Source: an uncultured Anaerolineales bacterium (GTDB taxonomy: Bacteria > Chloroflexota > Anaerolineae > Anaerolineales > UBA4823). From it: a DNA stretch of 64,000 bases. This document shows, piece by piece, positions 1 through 9,066 of the stretch. The stretch is taken from NCBI GenBank assembly GCA_937928795.1, contig CALFWB010000056.1:1364-65363 (forward strand), written 5' to 3'. The notes beneath the pieces were generated by a model, which made no database searches, had not been told where the DNA came from, and was given only the letters and a program-made list of their open reading frames with translations. Position 1 is the first letter of the stretch. Each line of letters begins with the position of its first letter. The position numbers and the translations under genes are program-made.

Positions 1-2076
1 CGGCGGCACGCCACTGAAATCCCACTGCTGCCTTTGGACGAAGAAGAAACGCAGTTTTTTCTGAAAGCCTTTCTGGGAGAAGCGGAGATCTCGCCCAAAA
101 GGTTCACCGAGATCAATCTTTTCGCCAATGGGTTGCCGCTTTTCCTGCGCGAAGCGGTGGATATGATCCGTAGCGCCAAGAGAGGGCAATCCGGGCTACC
201 TTCCTTGCAAGATTCGATTCTGCTGCGGATCAAACAATTGAGCCAGCCAGCTCGGGAGATGCTCGAAGCAGCCGCAATGCTCGGATTTTCTTTCTCCGAC
301 CTTGAATTGGAAGCCCTGCTCGGCAAGCCGCTCGCTTCCTTCGCGGCGGCTCTTGACGCCTTACACGCCAGCCGCTTCTTGTCAGAAGAACTGTTGCCCG
401 GCACGCAGCATTACACCTTTTCCCACCAATTGGTCCACCAAATTATCCTCGAGGCGATCCCGCAAGAGAGACGGCCAGCGCTACACCGTAGGGTTGCCGC
501 CGCCTTACAAGAGGTCTATGCCGATCAAAGCGGAGTTGCCGATCGCATCGCCGCTCACTATCAAGCGGCTGGGATGCCCTTGCTGGCAGCGCGTTTTTGG
601 CTGGAACACGCCCGTCAAATCATCGATTTGGCCGAATTCAATGCGGCGTTGCGGATCATCGCGAGTGCCCAATCCCTGCTTGAAACCCTCGACAAACCCG
701 AGAGCCGCAAACTCTATACACAAGCCATTCTGTTGCGCGGCGTGATCGCTCACCATCGCGGTCAATCTGCCGCAGCCATCTCCCAGTTCGAAGAAGCTTT
801 AGCGCAAAGCAAAGCCTTCCCTGCTTTGCACGCTCAAGCCCTGTCTTCTTTTGCTTATGCGCTCTATTCTTGTGACCGCTATGCCGAAGCTTGGCAGGCT
901 GCTGACGACTCCCTAAGACTGGCGCGTAGCCAAGCCGACCCCCAAGCCATCCTCCGTGCCCTAAACATTCGGGGCACAGCAGCCCTCATGTTAGGGCGCA
1001 TTGCCGAAGCCGTTCAAGACTTGCAACAAACGCTGGCTCAGCAAGGCTCCTCCACTCAGCTTTCGTTTCAGATGGTTCAGAGCTACAATCATCTTGGCAC
1101 GGCGCTGGTTTTTGCCGGGGATTATTCAGCCGCTTATGATACCCTATCCAAAGCAGTGGACTTGGCTCGGCGTGGTGGACAGAAACGGATCGAGTCGGCT
1201 GCCTTGATGATGCAGGGGCAGATTGCGCTCAACCGTGGGCAATATCCATTGGCACTGGAACTTTATTCTCAATCGATCCAAGTTGCCGGCCGATCATACC
1301 TGCCGGGTTTGTGGGGGAAATTTGCTGGGCGAGGGGCAACCTATCTGCGTTCCGGACGCCTGAGCGAAGCACAGGCCGATTTTGAACAGGGCTTAGCGAT
1401 CGCCCGTCAAGTGAACAGCACCTATGGCAGTCTCCTGATGCGGGTTTACTTGGCATTCACCGCCCTGGCAATGGGCAAACCCCCTCAAGACTCGCTCTTC
1501 ACGCTTGAAGAGGATGCTGCTTCATTTGACCTGCCCGCCGTAGTCCTGCTTGCCAGCTTGTCTCGCGGAGTTTTGCGGCGCTTGCTGGGAGATTTTGAGC
1601 AGGCAGAACTGGCACAGCAACGCGCAATGCGGGCTGCCCAAGCCAGTGGTGTGCCGCAGTTCCGGCAAAACGCCCAATTGGAATGGCTGCTCACCCAAGC
1701 CCAGCGCGGTATCCCAAATCTAGCCGACCTTGACTCGCTCGCCGCCCAAGCCCAAGCCAGAGACGAAATGCCCCAACAATCCTTAATCAAACTCATTTGC
1801 GCCTACAACCGCTATGGTGAAAAACGGTATGACCAAGCTATCGCTGCCGCTCAGGATGCTCTCGCCTTAGCTCGTTCTTGTCCAGACCGCATCCTCAGCG
1901 GTGAAGCCCTGCGCCTCCTCCTTCCCCTGCACCAAGCCATTGGTCAGTCTGAAGAAACCCAAATTTGCCACATCGAACTGAGAAAACTGGCAAAAACAGC
2001 CTTTGCTCCTTTTCATATCTGCCTCAATTCCCCCTCTGCCCCGACCTTACGGCAACTGATCATCGCCAGTACCTAA
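1..2076 (+). CDS. TPR-repeat regulatory protein, C-terminal part of a larger STAND/AAA-ATPase-type protein (5' end outside window)
   Basis: The frame of the listed 34..2076 ORF is open back to base 1, with no stop in 1-33. Long array of Ala/Leu-rich TPR-like repeats. No DNA-binding domain is visible at the C-terminus. Confidence 0.6.
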   Translation, partial: RRHATEIPLLPLDEEETQFFLKAFLGEAEISPKRFTEINLFANGLPLFLREAVDMIRSAKRGQSGLPSLQDSILLRIKQLSQPAREMLEAAAMLGFSFSDLELEALLGKPLASFAAALDALHASRFLSEELLPGTQHYTFSHQLVHQIILEAIPQERRPALHRRVAAALQEVYADQSGVADRIAAHYQAAGMPLLAARFWLEHARQIIDLAEFNAALRIIASAQSLLETLDKPESRKLYTQAILLRGVIAHHRGQSAAAISQFEEALAQSKAFPALHAQALSSFAYALYSCDRYAEAWQAADDSLRLARSQADPQAILRALNIRGTAALMLGRIAEAVQDLQQTLAQQGSSTQLSFQMVQSYNHLGTALVFAGDYSAAYDTLSKAVDLARRGGQKRIESAALMMQGQIALNRGQYPLALELYSQSIQVAGRSYLPGLWGKFAGRGATYLRSGRLSEAQADFEQGLAIARQVNSTYGSLLMRVYLAFTALAMGKPPQDSLFTLEEDAASFDLPAVVLLASLSRGVLRRLLGDFEQAELAQQRAMRAAQASGVPQFRQNAQLEWLLTQAQRGIPNLADLDSLAAQAQARDEMPQQSLIKLICAYNRYGEKRYDQAIAAAQDALALARSCPDRILSGEALRLLLPLHQAIGQSEETQICHIELRKLAKTAFAPFHICLNSPSAPTLRQLIIAST

Positions 2077-2410
2077 ACCTGTTTTGCCAGGTTTGGTAGG
2101 GGGATTTAACTACCCCATTCTCAAAAATGTCTCGGCACATTTCTGCCGAGGACGTTTTGAGGACGCCTCTTCCCTATAATATCGACAATAAAGAGCAAAA
2201 ATGACCAGATTATTGTCTACGATTCCACTGCTCCGCCTCATCTTCGCCAGGCTGGCTTGCCTGCAGGGCAGGGTGCTTTTGCCCGAAATGCGCCTGCGCC
2301 TCTTCAGGCTTCTATCGTCTCAGGCGAACCTGCTCACTCGATGGTCTGGAAACCATTTTGCTCCCTTATTCTAAACAGATGGAAGACAAACTTATTCTAG
2401 GAGGATACTA

Positions 2411-4873
2411 ATGAAACACCCAATTTTTCGATCCCTTTGCGTTTTGCTGCTCCTTTCCCTGCTCTTTGTTGGTCAGGGTGCTCAACCTGTCTCTGCAGCA
2501 GTTTACGATGTCAATACCCTAGACGATACTATCGTGGATGACAACTTGTGTTCCTTACGCGAGGCGATTCATGCAGCCAATAACAATTTTGTCAATGACG
2601 ATTGCGGATCAATAAGCAATGCTGACGATCAGATCACGTTTAGTGTAGCGGGAACCATTGCCCTAATTAATTCCTTGCCTCCCATTATGGGTTCAGTAGG
2701 AAAGCTGACGATCGATGGTGGAGGGCAAATCATCATCAGCGGCGATCAAGATAACAATAACACCCCCGATCATCAAATATTTTACGTAAACCCAGGTGCC
2801 TATCTTTACTTGATGAATCTTACCCTCATTCGAGGAATAGGAGTGGCTGGTGGGGCTGTTGTCAATCAGGGTGAATTGGTTGTGAATAACACCACATTCT
2901 CCGCCCATCAATCCACTGGAAACGGCGGTGCGATAAGCAACCTTAGTGGTAGCATGGCTGGTATCTATAACAGCGTATTTTCTAACAACTCAGCAATCTC
3001 TAGCGGAGGGGCTATTTCCAATTCGGGCCTGATGGTCGTGGAACTGAGTCGCTTCAACGGGAATAGCGCCAGTGTTGAAGGTGGGGCGATCGATAACAAT
3101 AATATCCTAACCGTGGATCGGAGCACCTTCGTGTCAAATATTGCATCTTCTAACGGTGGGGCGATCAAAAGTTCCAACGCTAGCGGGAAGCTGACCCTCG
3201 CTGAGAGCACTTTGAATAGCAACATCGCCCTTGGGTGGGGAGGGGGTATCTACGCCCCTAACGGCGAGCTGACCGTCTATAACAGCACCCTCGCGAACAA
3301 CAGTGCTGCCGTTCAGGGTGGTGGCATCTTAAGCGCTGCCACCACGATCGTGGCGAACACGACCCTCTCCGGCAATAGTGCAGGAGCAGTCAACGGCGGT
3401 GGAGGGGTTCGGGTGTTGGGTGGCAGCACAACGCTCAAAAACACCATCATCGCCAATTCGATCAACGGCGATTGCGTGGGTACCTTGGCAAGCGCCAAGA
3501 ACAACCTGATCAGCACCGAAACAAACGCCTGCGGCCTGACGAATGGCGTGGACGGCAATATCATCGGCTTCGACCCCGACCTCGGCACGCTGACCGGCTC
3601 GCCGGCCTACTTCCCCCTTAACCCCGGCAGCCTTGCCATTGACGCCGGGGATAATGCTACCTGTGCAGATGCCAATCTAGCCGATAACAGATCCCAAAAC
3701 GGCGTCACCCGTCCACAAGACGGGGATGGTGACAACACGGCAACCTGCGACATCGGCGCATATGAACGCACCTTGCAACCGCAAACCTACCTTGTTGATA
3801 CACTCAACGACAACACGACAGATGATGAATTCTGCACCTTGCGCGAGGCGATTTTGGCGGCCAATGACGCCCCGGCAAACAAAGATTGTGGCGTGGGCGG
3901 CGGCGGTGACGATCTCATTCAATTTAGCGTTAGTGGGATTATCCGCCTTGGCACAACGCTGCCAAATATCGTGAGCGGTCAAGGTAAATTAACCATTGAC
4001 GGCGCAGGGGATATCCACATCAACGGAGATACAGGAGGCGACAATACTGGAGATGTGCGGGTATTCTGGGTGAATGCGGGAGCCCATCTGATCCTTGAAA
4101 AGCTCACCGTTGAGTTCGGTGAGGCAAGGCCGAACGATGGAGGGGGTGTGGCAAACTTCGGCACATTGGAGATTAGACAAGCTATTTTCCACAGAAACTA
4201 TGCCGCTGGTGGCGGAGCGGTCGCCAACTTTAATGGCGCTACTCTGATCATCGATCGAAGCACCTTGAGTTCCAATTTTGCCACCAATGGCGGCGGTGGC
4301 GTGGCAAACTATGCTGGTGGCACGACAACGGTGATCAACTCCACACTGTATGACAACCACGGAGGCTATGGCGGAGGCCTTTGGAATGGTGGGACGATGA
4401 CTGTTCTCAACAGCACCCTTCGTGCCAATCGGGCTGATAATAGTAGTCAAGGAGGCGGGCTCTATGTGTTTGCCGGCGGCAATACAACGCTTAAGAACAC
4501 CATCATCGCCAATTCGATCAACGGCGATTGCGTGGGTACCTTGGCAAGCGCCAAGAACAACCTGATCAGTACCGAAACAAACGCCTGCGGCTTGATGAAT
4601 GGCGTGGACGGCAATATCATCGGCTTCGACCCCGACCTCGGCACGCTGACCGGCTCGCCGGCCTACTTCCCCCTTAACCCCGGTAGCCTTGCCATTGACG
4701 CCGGCGATAACGCCATCTGTGCGGCTGCGCCAGTTAGCAACCAATCCCAAAACGGCATCACCCGCCCGAAAGATTACGATGGCAACGGTTCGATCGTTTG
4801 TGACATTGGCGCATTCGAGGCCCCCCAATCCGTTTTCAAGATCTTTTTACCCCTCATTCTGCGCTCACCCTAA
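2411..4873 (+). CDS. secreted two-module right-handed beta-helix protein with CSLREA-type N-terminal motifs (surface/adhesin-like)
   Basis: AGGAGG lies 6-7 nt upstream of the ATG. Signal peptide MKHPIFRSLCVLLLLSLLFVGQGAQPVSA. Two modules each start Y-x-V-[ND]-T-L-[DN]-D...C[ST]LREAI..AAN and end CDIGA[YF]E, and are filled with GGAI/GGGV beta-helix repeats. Confidence 0.75.
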   Translation: MKHPIFRSLCVLLLLSLLFVGQGAQPVSAAVYDVNTLDDTIVDDNLCSLREAIHAANNNFVNDDCGSISNADDQITFSVAGTIALINSLPPIMGSVGKLTIDGGGQIIISGDQDNNNTPDHQIFYVNPGAYLYLMNLTLIRGIGVAGGAVVNQGELVVNNTTFSAHQSTGNGGAISNLSGSMAGIYNSVFSNNSAISSGGAISNSGLMVVELSRFNGNSASVEGGAIDNNNILTVDRSTFVSNIASSNGGAIKSSNASGKLTLAESTLNSNIALGWGGGIYAPNGELTVYNSTLANNSAAVQGGGILSAATTIVANTTLSGNSAGAVNGGGGVRVLGGSTTLKNTIIANSINGDCVGTLASAKNNLISTETNACGLTNGVDGNIIGFDPDLGTLTGSPAYFPLNPGSLAIDAGDNATCADANLADNRSQNGVTRPQDGDGDNTATCDIGAYERTLQPQTYLVDTLNDNTTDDEFCTLREAILAANDAPANKDCGVGGGGDDLIQFSVSGIIRLGTTLPNIVSGQGKLTIDGAGDIHINGDTGGDNTGDVRVFWVNAGAHLILEKLTVEFGEARPNDGGGVANFGTLEIRQAIFHRNYAAGGGAVANFNGATLIIDRSTLSSNFATNGGGGVANYAGGTTTVINSTLYDNHGGYGGGLWNGGTMTVLNSTLRANRADNSSQGGGLYVFAGGNTTLKNTIIANSINGDCVGTLASAKNNLISTETNACGLMNGVDGNIIGFDPDLGTLTGSPAYFPLNPGSLAIDAGDNAICAAAPVSNQSQNGITRPKDYDGNGSIVCDIGAFEAPQSVFKIFLPLILRSP
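3428..3657 (+). repeat. 230-bp intragenic direct repeat, copy 1 (near-identical to 4484-4713)
   Basis: Read directly. Both copies encode LKNTIIANSINGDCVGTLASAKNNLISTETNACGL[TM]NGVDGNIIGFDPDLGTLTGSPAYFPLNPGSLAIDAGDNA, with roughly 8 nucleotide differences. Confidence 0.9.
4484..4713 (+). repeat. 230-bp intragenic direct repeat, copy 2
   Basis: Same as copy 1, offset by 1056 bp (352 codons, in frame). Confidence 0.9.
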
Positions 4874-4893
4874 ATTCCTAAGCGATCCCAGTT

Positions 4894-4919
4894 AGGGGCG
4901 GACGCCCTTGTCCGCCCCT
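4894..4919. terminator. GC-rich hairpin between convergent genes (possible bidirectional terminator)
   Basis: AGGGGCGGAC-gccctt-GTCCGCCCCT, a 10-bp stem. Only a short T tract follows. Confidence 0.45.
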
Positions 4920-5029
4920 TCCGAAAGGCACTTGACCGCTGAGCATCGTCAAGGTCTTGATGAGGTAACGCTGCTCAAGAACATCGTCTCAGCAGAGTAG
5001 AAAAGGGGCGCTTCACAATATTGCAAGAC

Positions 5030-6592
5030 TCACTTCCGCTCCCGCACGAGGATCAACCGATAAGGGTCTTTGGGATGATAATGAAGGATATTGCGCTGCG
5101 GAAAGGCGTCTGCCAAGGCTTGATCCGTGTTTGGTCCGATCGAACGAACAACGATAAAGGGCGAATCGAGAAACGGTGAGCTTAACTCCAGCAGGGCGCC
5201 GTACTCAGTCCAATGGTCGGGATAAACGATGACGAGGGCGGGGGTTAAGGCTTGGGCTTGTTCGGTCAGAAAAGGGCGTAAGCGGCTAGCGGTGATCCCA
5301 TACAGTCCGTGCATCCCTCCCAAACGCAGCGGGGTATAAAAGAGCAGATTGGCGGCGACTGCTAGGGCGAGCAAGGCAGTGGCAACCAGACGGCGGGCTT
5401 TCCGCCATCCTTGTTGAGGAAGATAGGTTTCCTGCGGTGAAATTGGCAACCCCGCCAACCAGGCAAAGCCCGCTGCGCTGAGCCATACTGCACTCGCCAA
5501 TCCCTCGAAATAATAACGGGGACCGAACAGCGCCGAGCCAATCCAGTAGAATAAATAAACAAACAGCAGGGAAGGCAATACCAACAGAGCCGGCAACGCC
5601 GCCCAACGTCGCTTCCAGAGGACTGCCACCAAGCCAAAGGGCAGCAGAACCCACGAATACTGTCCCCAACCGAACAAGTCGTGCCGCCCGAAAAGCAAGC
5701 TATACTTTAAGTTTATCCATGCCTGATGAAGATTGTGTCCGCCCTCAGCCCGCCCATAACCGGGCCCAAACCCCACTTTATCGTATTGCCACCACAAAGT
5801 ATAGGGATTAAGGAAAGGATCGCCGCTGACGACATATTGCCAAAGGAAGAGCAGAGCGGTTACTCCCCCTGCGAGAAGGGCAAAAGCGATCAATCGCCAG
5901 CGGCTTTGGCGGTCGCCTCGCCAAAAGAGTCCCAGAGCATGGAACACAAACGGCAAGGCAACTCCTACGGCGGTCAAGGGGCGTGTCAGGGCCAAAAGAC
6001 CAAGGCTGACCCCCCCAACCAGAAGCGGTAGGATGGGAGGTAAATTGCGTTGCTTAACACCGCCCTGAAAGACCTCCCACCATGCCACCCCAAAGGCTAG
6101 GGTCAAGAAAAGCCCAAAAGGATGCGATAACAAAGAGCCGCTGTTCATCCAGAAGAAGGGAGAGGAAAGGGTCAAGCCAAGGCTGAGGAAAGCGATCACA
6201 TCGCCAAACAAGCGTTGTCCCAAGCGGTAGATCAACCACAACGATAGACCGGCCAGCAGAGGATTGACCCAAGCGCGCCCCCCTAAGCGGACGCCAAGCG
6301 AAAGCATGGCTGGCCAACCGGGCGGGTATTTCCCAAAGCGCTGCCCGTGGTAATCCACCACAAACGGCACTAAGAAGGCTTTCTCCTGCGGCGGTGAGGG
6401 CAGGGTCAATTGACCGCGCGCCATCACCTGGGCTTGCCAGACATACGCCATCTCATCTTCAATATGCGGCACCGCCTCAAAGATGCGCAGCGTGACTCCA
6501 TAAGCAATCAAGATGCCGCACGCGCTTAGGCAGAATGCAGCTAAGTCACTCCAAAAATGGCGCCGGGGACGCAGGTTTGAGCAGAAACGCAT
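5030..6592 (-). CDS. polytopic membrane glycosyltransferase, GT39/ArnT-PMT-like (GT-C fold)
   Basis: 520 aa with many predicted TM helices. There is an acidic motif in the first loop (HIEDEMAYVW) and a soluble C-terminal domain, the typical GT-C layout. Confidence 0.6.
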   Translation of the reverse strand: MRFCSNLRPRRHFWSDLAAFCLSACGILIAYGVTLRIFEAVPHIEDEMAYVWQAQVMARGQLTLPSPPQEKAFLVPFVVDYHGQRFGKYPPGWPAMLSLGVRLGGRAWVNPLLAGLSLWLIYRLGQRLFGDVIAFLSLGLTLSSPFFWMNSGSLLSHPFGLFLTLAFGVAWWEVFQGGVKQRNLPPILPLLVGGVSLGLLALTRPLTAVGVALPFVFHALGLFWRGDRQSRWRLIAFALLAGGVTALLFLWQYVVSGDPFLNPYTLWWQYDKVGFGPGYGRAEGGHNLHQAWINLKYSLLFGRHDLFGWGQYSWVLLPFGLVAVLWKRRWAALPALLVLPSLLFVYLFYWIGSALFGPRYYFEGLASAVWLSAAGFAWLAGLPISPQETYLPQQGWRKARRLVATALLALAVAANLLFYTPLRLGGMHGLYGITASRLRPFLTEQAQALTPALVIVYPDHWTEYGALLELSSPFLDSPFIVVRSIGPNTDQALADAFPQRNILHYHPKDPYRLILVRERK

Positions 6593-6643
6593 GGGCGATT
6601 GTTTTTTGGCGTAGTCTTCAGGGAATGGGGAAAGCGCTCTTAT

Positions 6644-7651
6644 CTATGGCTCCTCATGCGGCACGGCGCCAATCGCTCTCAAGGCATCAAGCGCTTGTTC
6701 ATGTAAAATACCGTTGGAAGCCAATACACCGCGATTTCGGGTAAGTATACGTCCTTGCGAGAAATCTAACCTTTTGCCGCCTAAGTCGCTGATCCTCCCG
6801 CCGGCTTCCTCCAAGATCAGGCTGCCTGCTGCTTGATCCCAAATCTTCTCGCGATAATCGGGTTTGCTGGGGGAGAGCAAGCGCAACAGGAGTTCCCCTT
6901 TTCCGGCTGCCAAGAGGGCATATTTGGCTTGACTGTCTAGGCGCAAGGGGGCAGCTTGGATACCGAGAAAGCGAGCAAAAACTTCGATCTGTTCGGCATC
7001 TGTATGGCCGCTTTCAAAGGAGCGCAACAGGCGTGCCTGACGGATATCAGCCTGTTGGGAAACCCACAAGCGACGAAAAGAGCGAGGTTGGCGCAAAGAG
7101 GTCACCCATGCCCCCTGGTTACGCTGAGCGATCAACAACGCCCCCTCTCCTGCGGGTTGGCTTTCCAAGCTCAAATTGAGTTTCGGACATCCGAGGACGC
7201 CGATTTGAACCATCCCATTTTCGATCAAGGCTAGGGCAACTGCGTATTGGTCGCCACGCAAAAAGCCTTTGGTGCCGTCGAGAGGATCAAGCGTCCAAAA
7301 ACGCCCTGCAGCCGAGGCATTACCGCGTTCAATCCACGCGCAAACCTGGTTCTCGTTAGCCTCAGGTTCGACCCGGCGCACATATTGGGTCACTCGCTGC
7401 AGAGCCTCTCGCGATTGTGACGAGCGCAACAAACCGCTCTCTTCTTCGGCAACCATGCGGTCAGCGGGGAAAGCGCGTTGGAGGGCAGCGACAACGACTG
7501 CCTGAGCGGCATAATCGGCAACCGTGACCGGTGAGCGATCCTCCTTGGTTAGGGCAGCCCCTACCAATTCTTGTTCAATTTGAGCAACCAACAAAGCTGC
7601 TTGACGGGTTGCCTCCAGTGCAAACTGAGCTTCGGGGGTCAAATCAAACAT
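6644..7651 (-). CDS. 3'(2'),5'-bisphosphate nucleotidase / inositol monophosphatase family protein
   Basis: Motifs WTLDPLDGTKGF and IWDQAAG. I place the start at the internal Met (MFDLTPEAQ...), which gives an 8-bp ATGTTTGA overlap with the rimO stop. The longer listed ORF would run deep into rimO. Confidence 0.75.
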   Translation of the reverse strand: MFDLTPEAQFALEATRQAALLVAQIEQELVGAALTKEDRSPVTVADYAAQAVVVAALQRAFPADRMVAEEESGLLRSSQSREALQRVTQYVRRVEPEANENQVCAWIERGNASAAGRFWTLDPLDGTKGFLRGDQYAVALALIENGMVQIGVLGCPKLNLSLESQPAGEGALLIAQRNQGAWVTSLRQPRSFRRLWVSQQADIRQARLLRSFESGHTDAEQIEVFARFLGIQAAPLRLDSQAKYALLAAGKGELLLRLLSPSKPDYREKIWDQAAGSLILEEAGGRISDLGGKRLDFSQGRILTRNRGVLASNGILHEQALDALRAIGAVPHEEP

Positions 7652-9059
7652 GATCCTTCCCTTGGTCAGGGTCTTCAATGACGCCATGCAAATCATAAGG
7701 CATGGCGCCGAGAATGCGCACCGTGACGATTTCGCCAATCGGCGCCTCACCTTCGATCAGGGTTAGCCCATCAATTTCCGGAGCATCGCGATAAGTGCGC
7801 CCGACCGAAATCGCGTGACTGGCTCGGCGTCCATTCTCCGTTTGGGCTATTCCTTGCCCTTCGACTAAGACCTCCATTTGTTTGCCGACCAGGGATTGAT
7901 GAATTTCGAGGGAAATTTGCTGCTGGATTGCCATCAAGCGCTCCCAGCGCTCTTGTTTGACCTCGGCGGGCACAGGGTCGCCCAGCGATTCGCTTGCCGT
8001 GCCGCTCTCAAACGAGAAGGGGAAGATGCCCACGTGATCGAAGCGCGTCTCGCGCACAAAATCCAACAGGGTTTGAAACTCGGCTTCGCCCTCCGTGGGA
8101 TAACCAACGATGAAGGTTGTGCGCAGGGTCAAGCCGGGAATTTGGCGACGCATTTTTTCTAGGGTACGATAGACCCATTCCATGTTAGCAGGTCGGCGCA
8201 TTGCCCGCAAGACGGCGGGGTGGGCGTGTTGGAGGGGCAAATCCAAATAGGGCAAAATTTGCGGACGGCTTGCCATAACCTCGATTAAGCGATCGCTGAC
8301 GGCACCCGGATAGGCATAGAGCAATCGAATCCAGGGGATTTCGGGGACTTTCTCGGTGATGGCTTCTAAAAGTTGGGCTAAGCCGTCCTTCATCCCTAAA
8401 TCCGTTCCATAATCGGTTGTGTCTTGGGCAATCAAGACCAATTCCTTGACACCTCGCTGCGCCAGATGACGCGCTTCTTCCACGAGGAGCGGCAAAGGGC
8501 GACTGACAGCCGTTCCTTTGATCAACGGGATGGCGCAAAAGGCACAAGGGCGGCGGCAGCCTTCGGCAATTTTGAGATAGGCGCTGGCTCCTTGCACTGC
8601 GGCGCGCAGAACGCCGGGAGGTTCGGTCGGAACGGCAACCGTAGAAGCATACAGGGCTGCCACCCCTTGGCGAGGGGGAGAGGCTGCGTCCCGTGTGCTG
8701 CGCAATTGACGGAGGAGTTGGACGATCTCCATCCAGCGCCGCGTGCCTAAAATGCCATCTAAGCCGCGCACCTGCCGCGCAACCTCTTCACCATAGCGTT
8801 GGGTCAGACAGCCTGCGGCAATCAACCACTGCCCTTTGCGTTTGCGTTTGGCAATCTGGTGCAATGTGCGAAGGGACTCTTGGCGAGCCGCCTCGATAAA
8901 GCCGCAGGTGTTGACCAAGAGAATTTCAGCGTGGCTAGGTTCATCAATTGGAACATAACCTTCCTGATCGAGCAGTTGCGTCATTGAAGCCGAATCGACC
9001 GTGTTTTTGGCGCAGCCGAGGGAGATCAAGTGATAGGTGTTGGGTTGAATAGCTGCCAT
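7644..9059 (-). CDS. rimO: ribosomal protein S12 methylthiotransferase RimO (radical SAM MTTase with TRAM domain)
   Basis: N-terminal MTTase Cys residues (LGCAKN, NTCGF), radical SAM motif CRRPCAFC, and a C-terminal TRAM-like beta domain. 471 aa. Confidence 0.8.
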   Translation of the reverse strand: MAAIQPNTYHLISLGCAKNTVDSASMTQLLDQEGYVPIDEPSHAEILLVNTCGFIEAARQESLRTLHQIAKRKRKGQWLIAAGCLTQRYGEEVARQVRGLDGILGTRRWMEIVQLLRQLRSTRDAASPPRQGVAALYASTVAVPTEPPGVLRAAVQGASAYLKIAEGCRRPCAFCAIPLIKGTAVSRPLPLLVEEARHLAQRGVKELVLIAQDTTDYGTDLGMKDGLAQLLEAITEKVPEIPWIRLLYAYPGAVSDRLIEVMASRPQILPYLDLPLQHAHPAVLRAMRRPANMEWVYRTLEKMRRQIPGLTLRTTFIVGYPTEGEAEFQTLLDFVRETRFDHVGIFPFSFESGTASESLGDPVPAEVKQERWERLMAIQQQISLEIHQSLVGKQMEVLVEGQGIAQTENGRRASHAISVGRTYRDAPEIDGLTLIEGEAPIGEIVTVRILGAMPYDLHGVIEDPDQGKDHV

Positions 9060-9066
9060 AAGGTTC

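Noticed and set aside
2202-2375. 57-aa Leu/Arg-rich ORF (MTRLLSTIPLLRLIFARLACLQGRVLL...) upstream of the secreted protein gene
   Set aside because: It has no SD, an odd composition and no similarity I recognise. It is probably non-coding leader or promoter DNA. I could not find riboswitch-like conserved motifs there either.
3989-4828. 279-aa ORF on the minus strand, plus the smaller 2693-2911, 2965-3225, 3313-3588, 3677-3982 and 4462-4644 ORFs
   Set aside because: All lie antisense within the well-supported beta-helix gene. They have low-complexity, Gly/Ala/Val-rich translations typical of shadow ORFs in repeat-rich GC-biased coding DNA. None has an SD or a recognisable domain.
6644-7750. 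Longer 368-aa version of the nucleotidase ORF, and the ORF 45831-46157 overlapping the flhA start
   Set aside because: The N-terminal 33 codons of the first would overlap rimO by more than 100 bp and encode a Cys/Arg-rich non-homologous peptide. The internal Met gives the usual 8-bp overlap. The second is an out-of-frame shadow of flhA.
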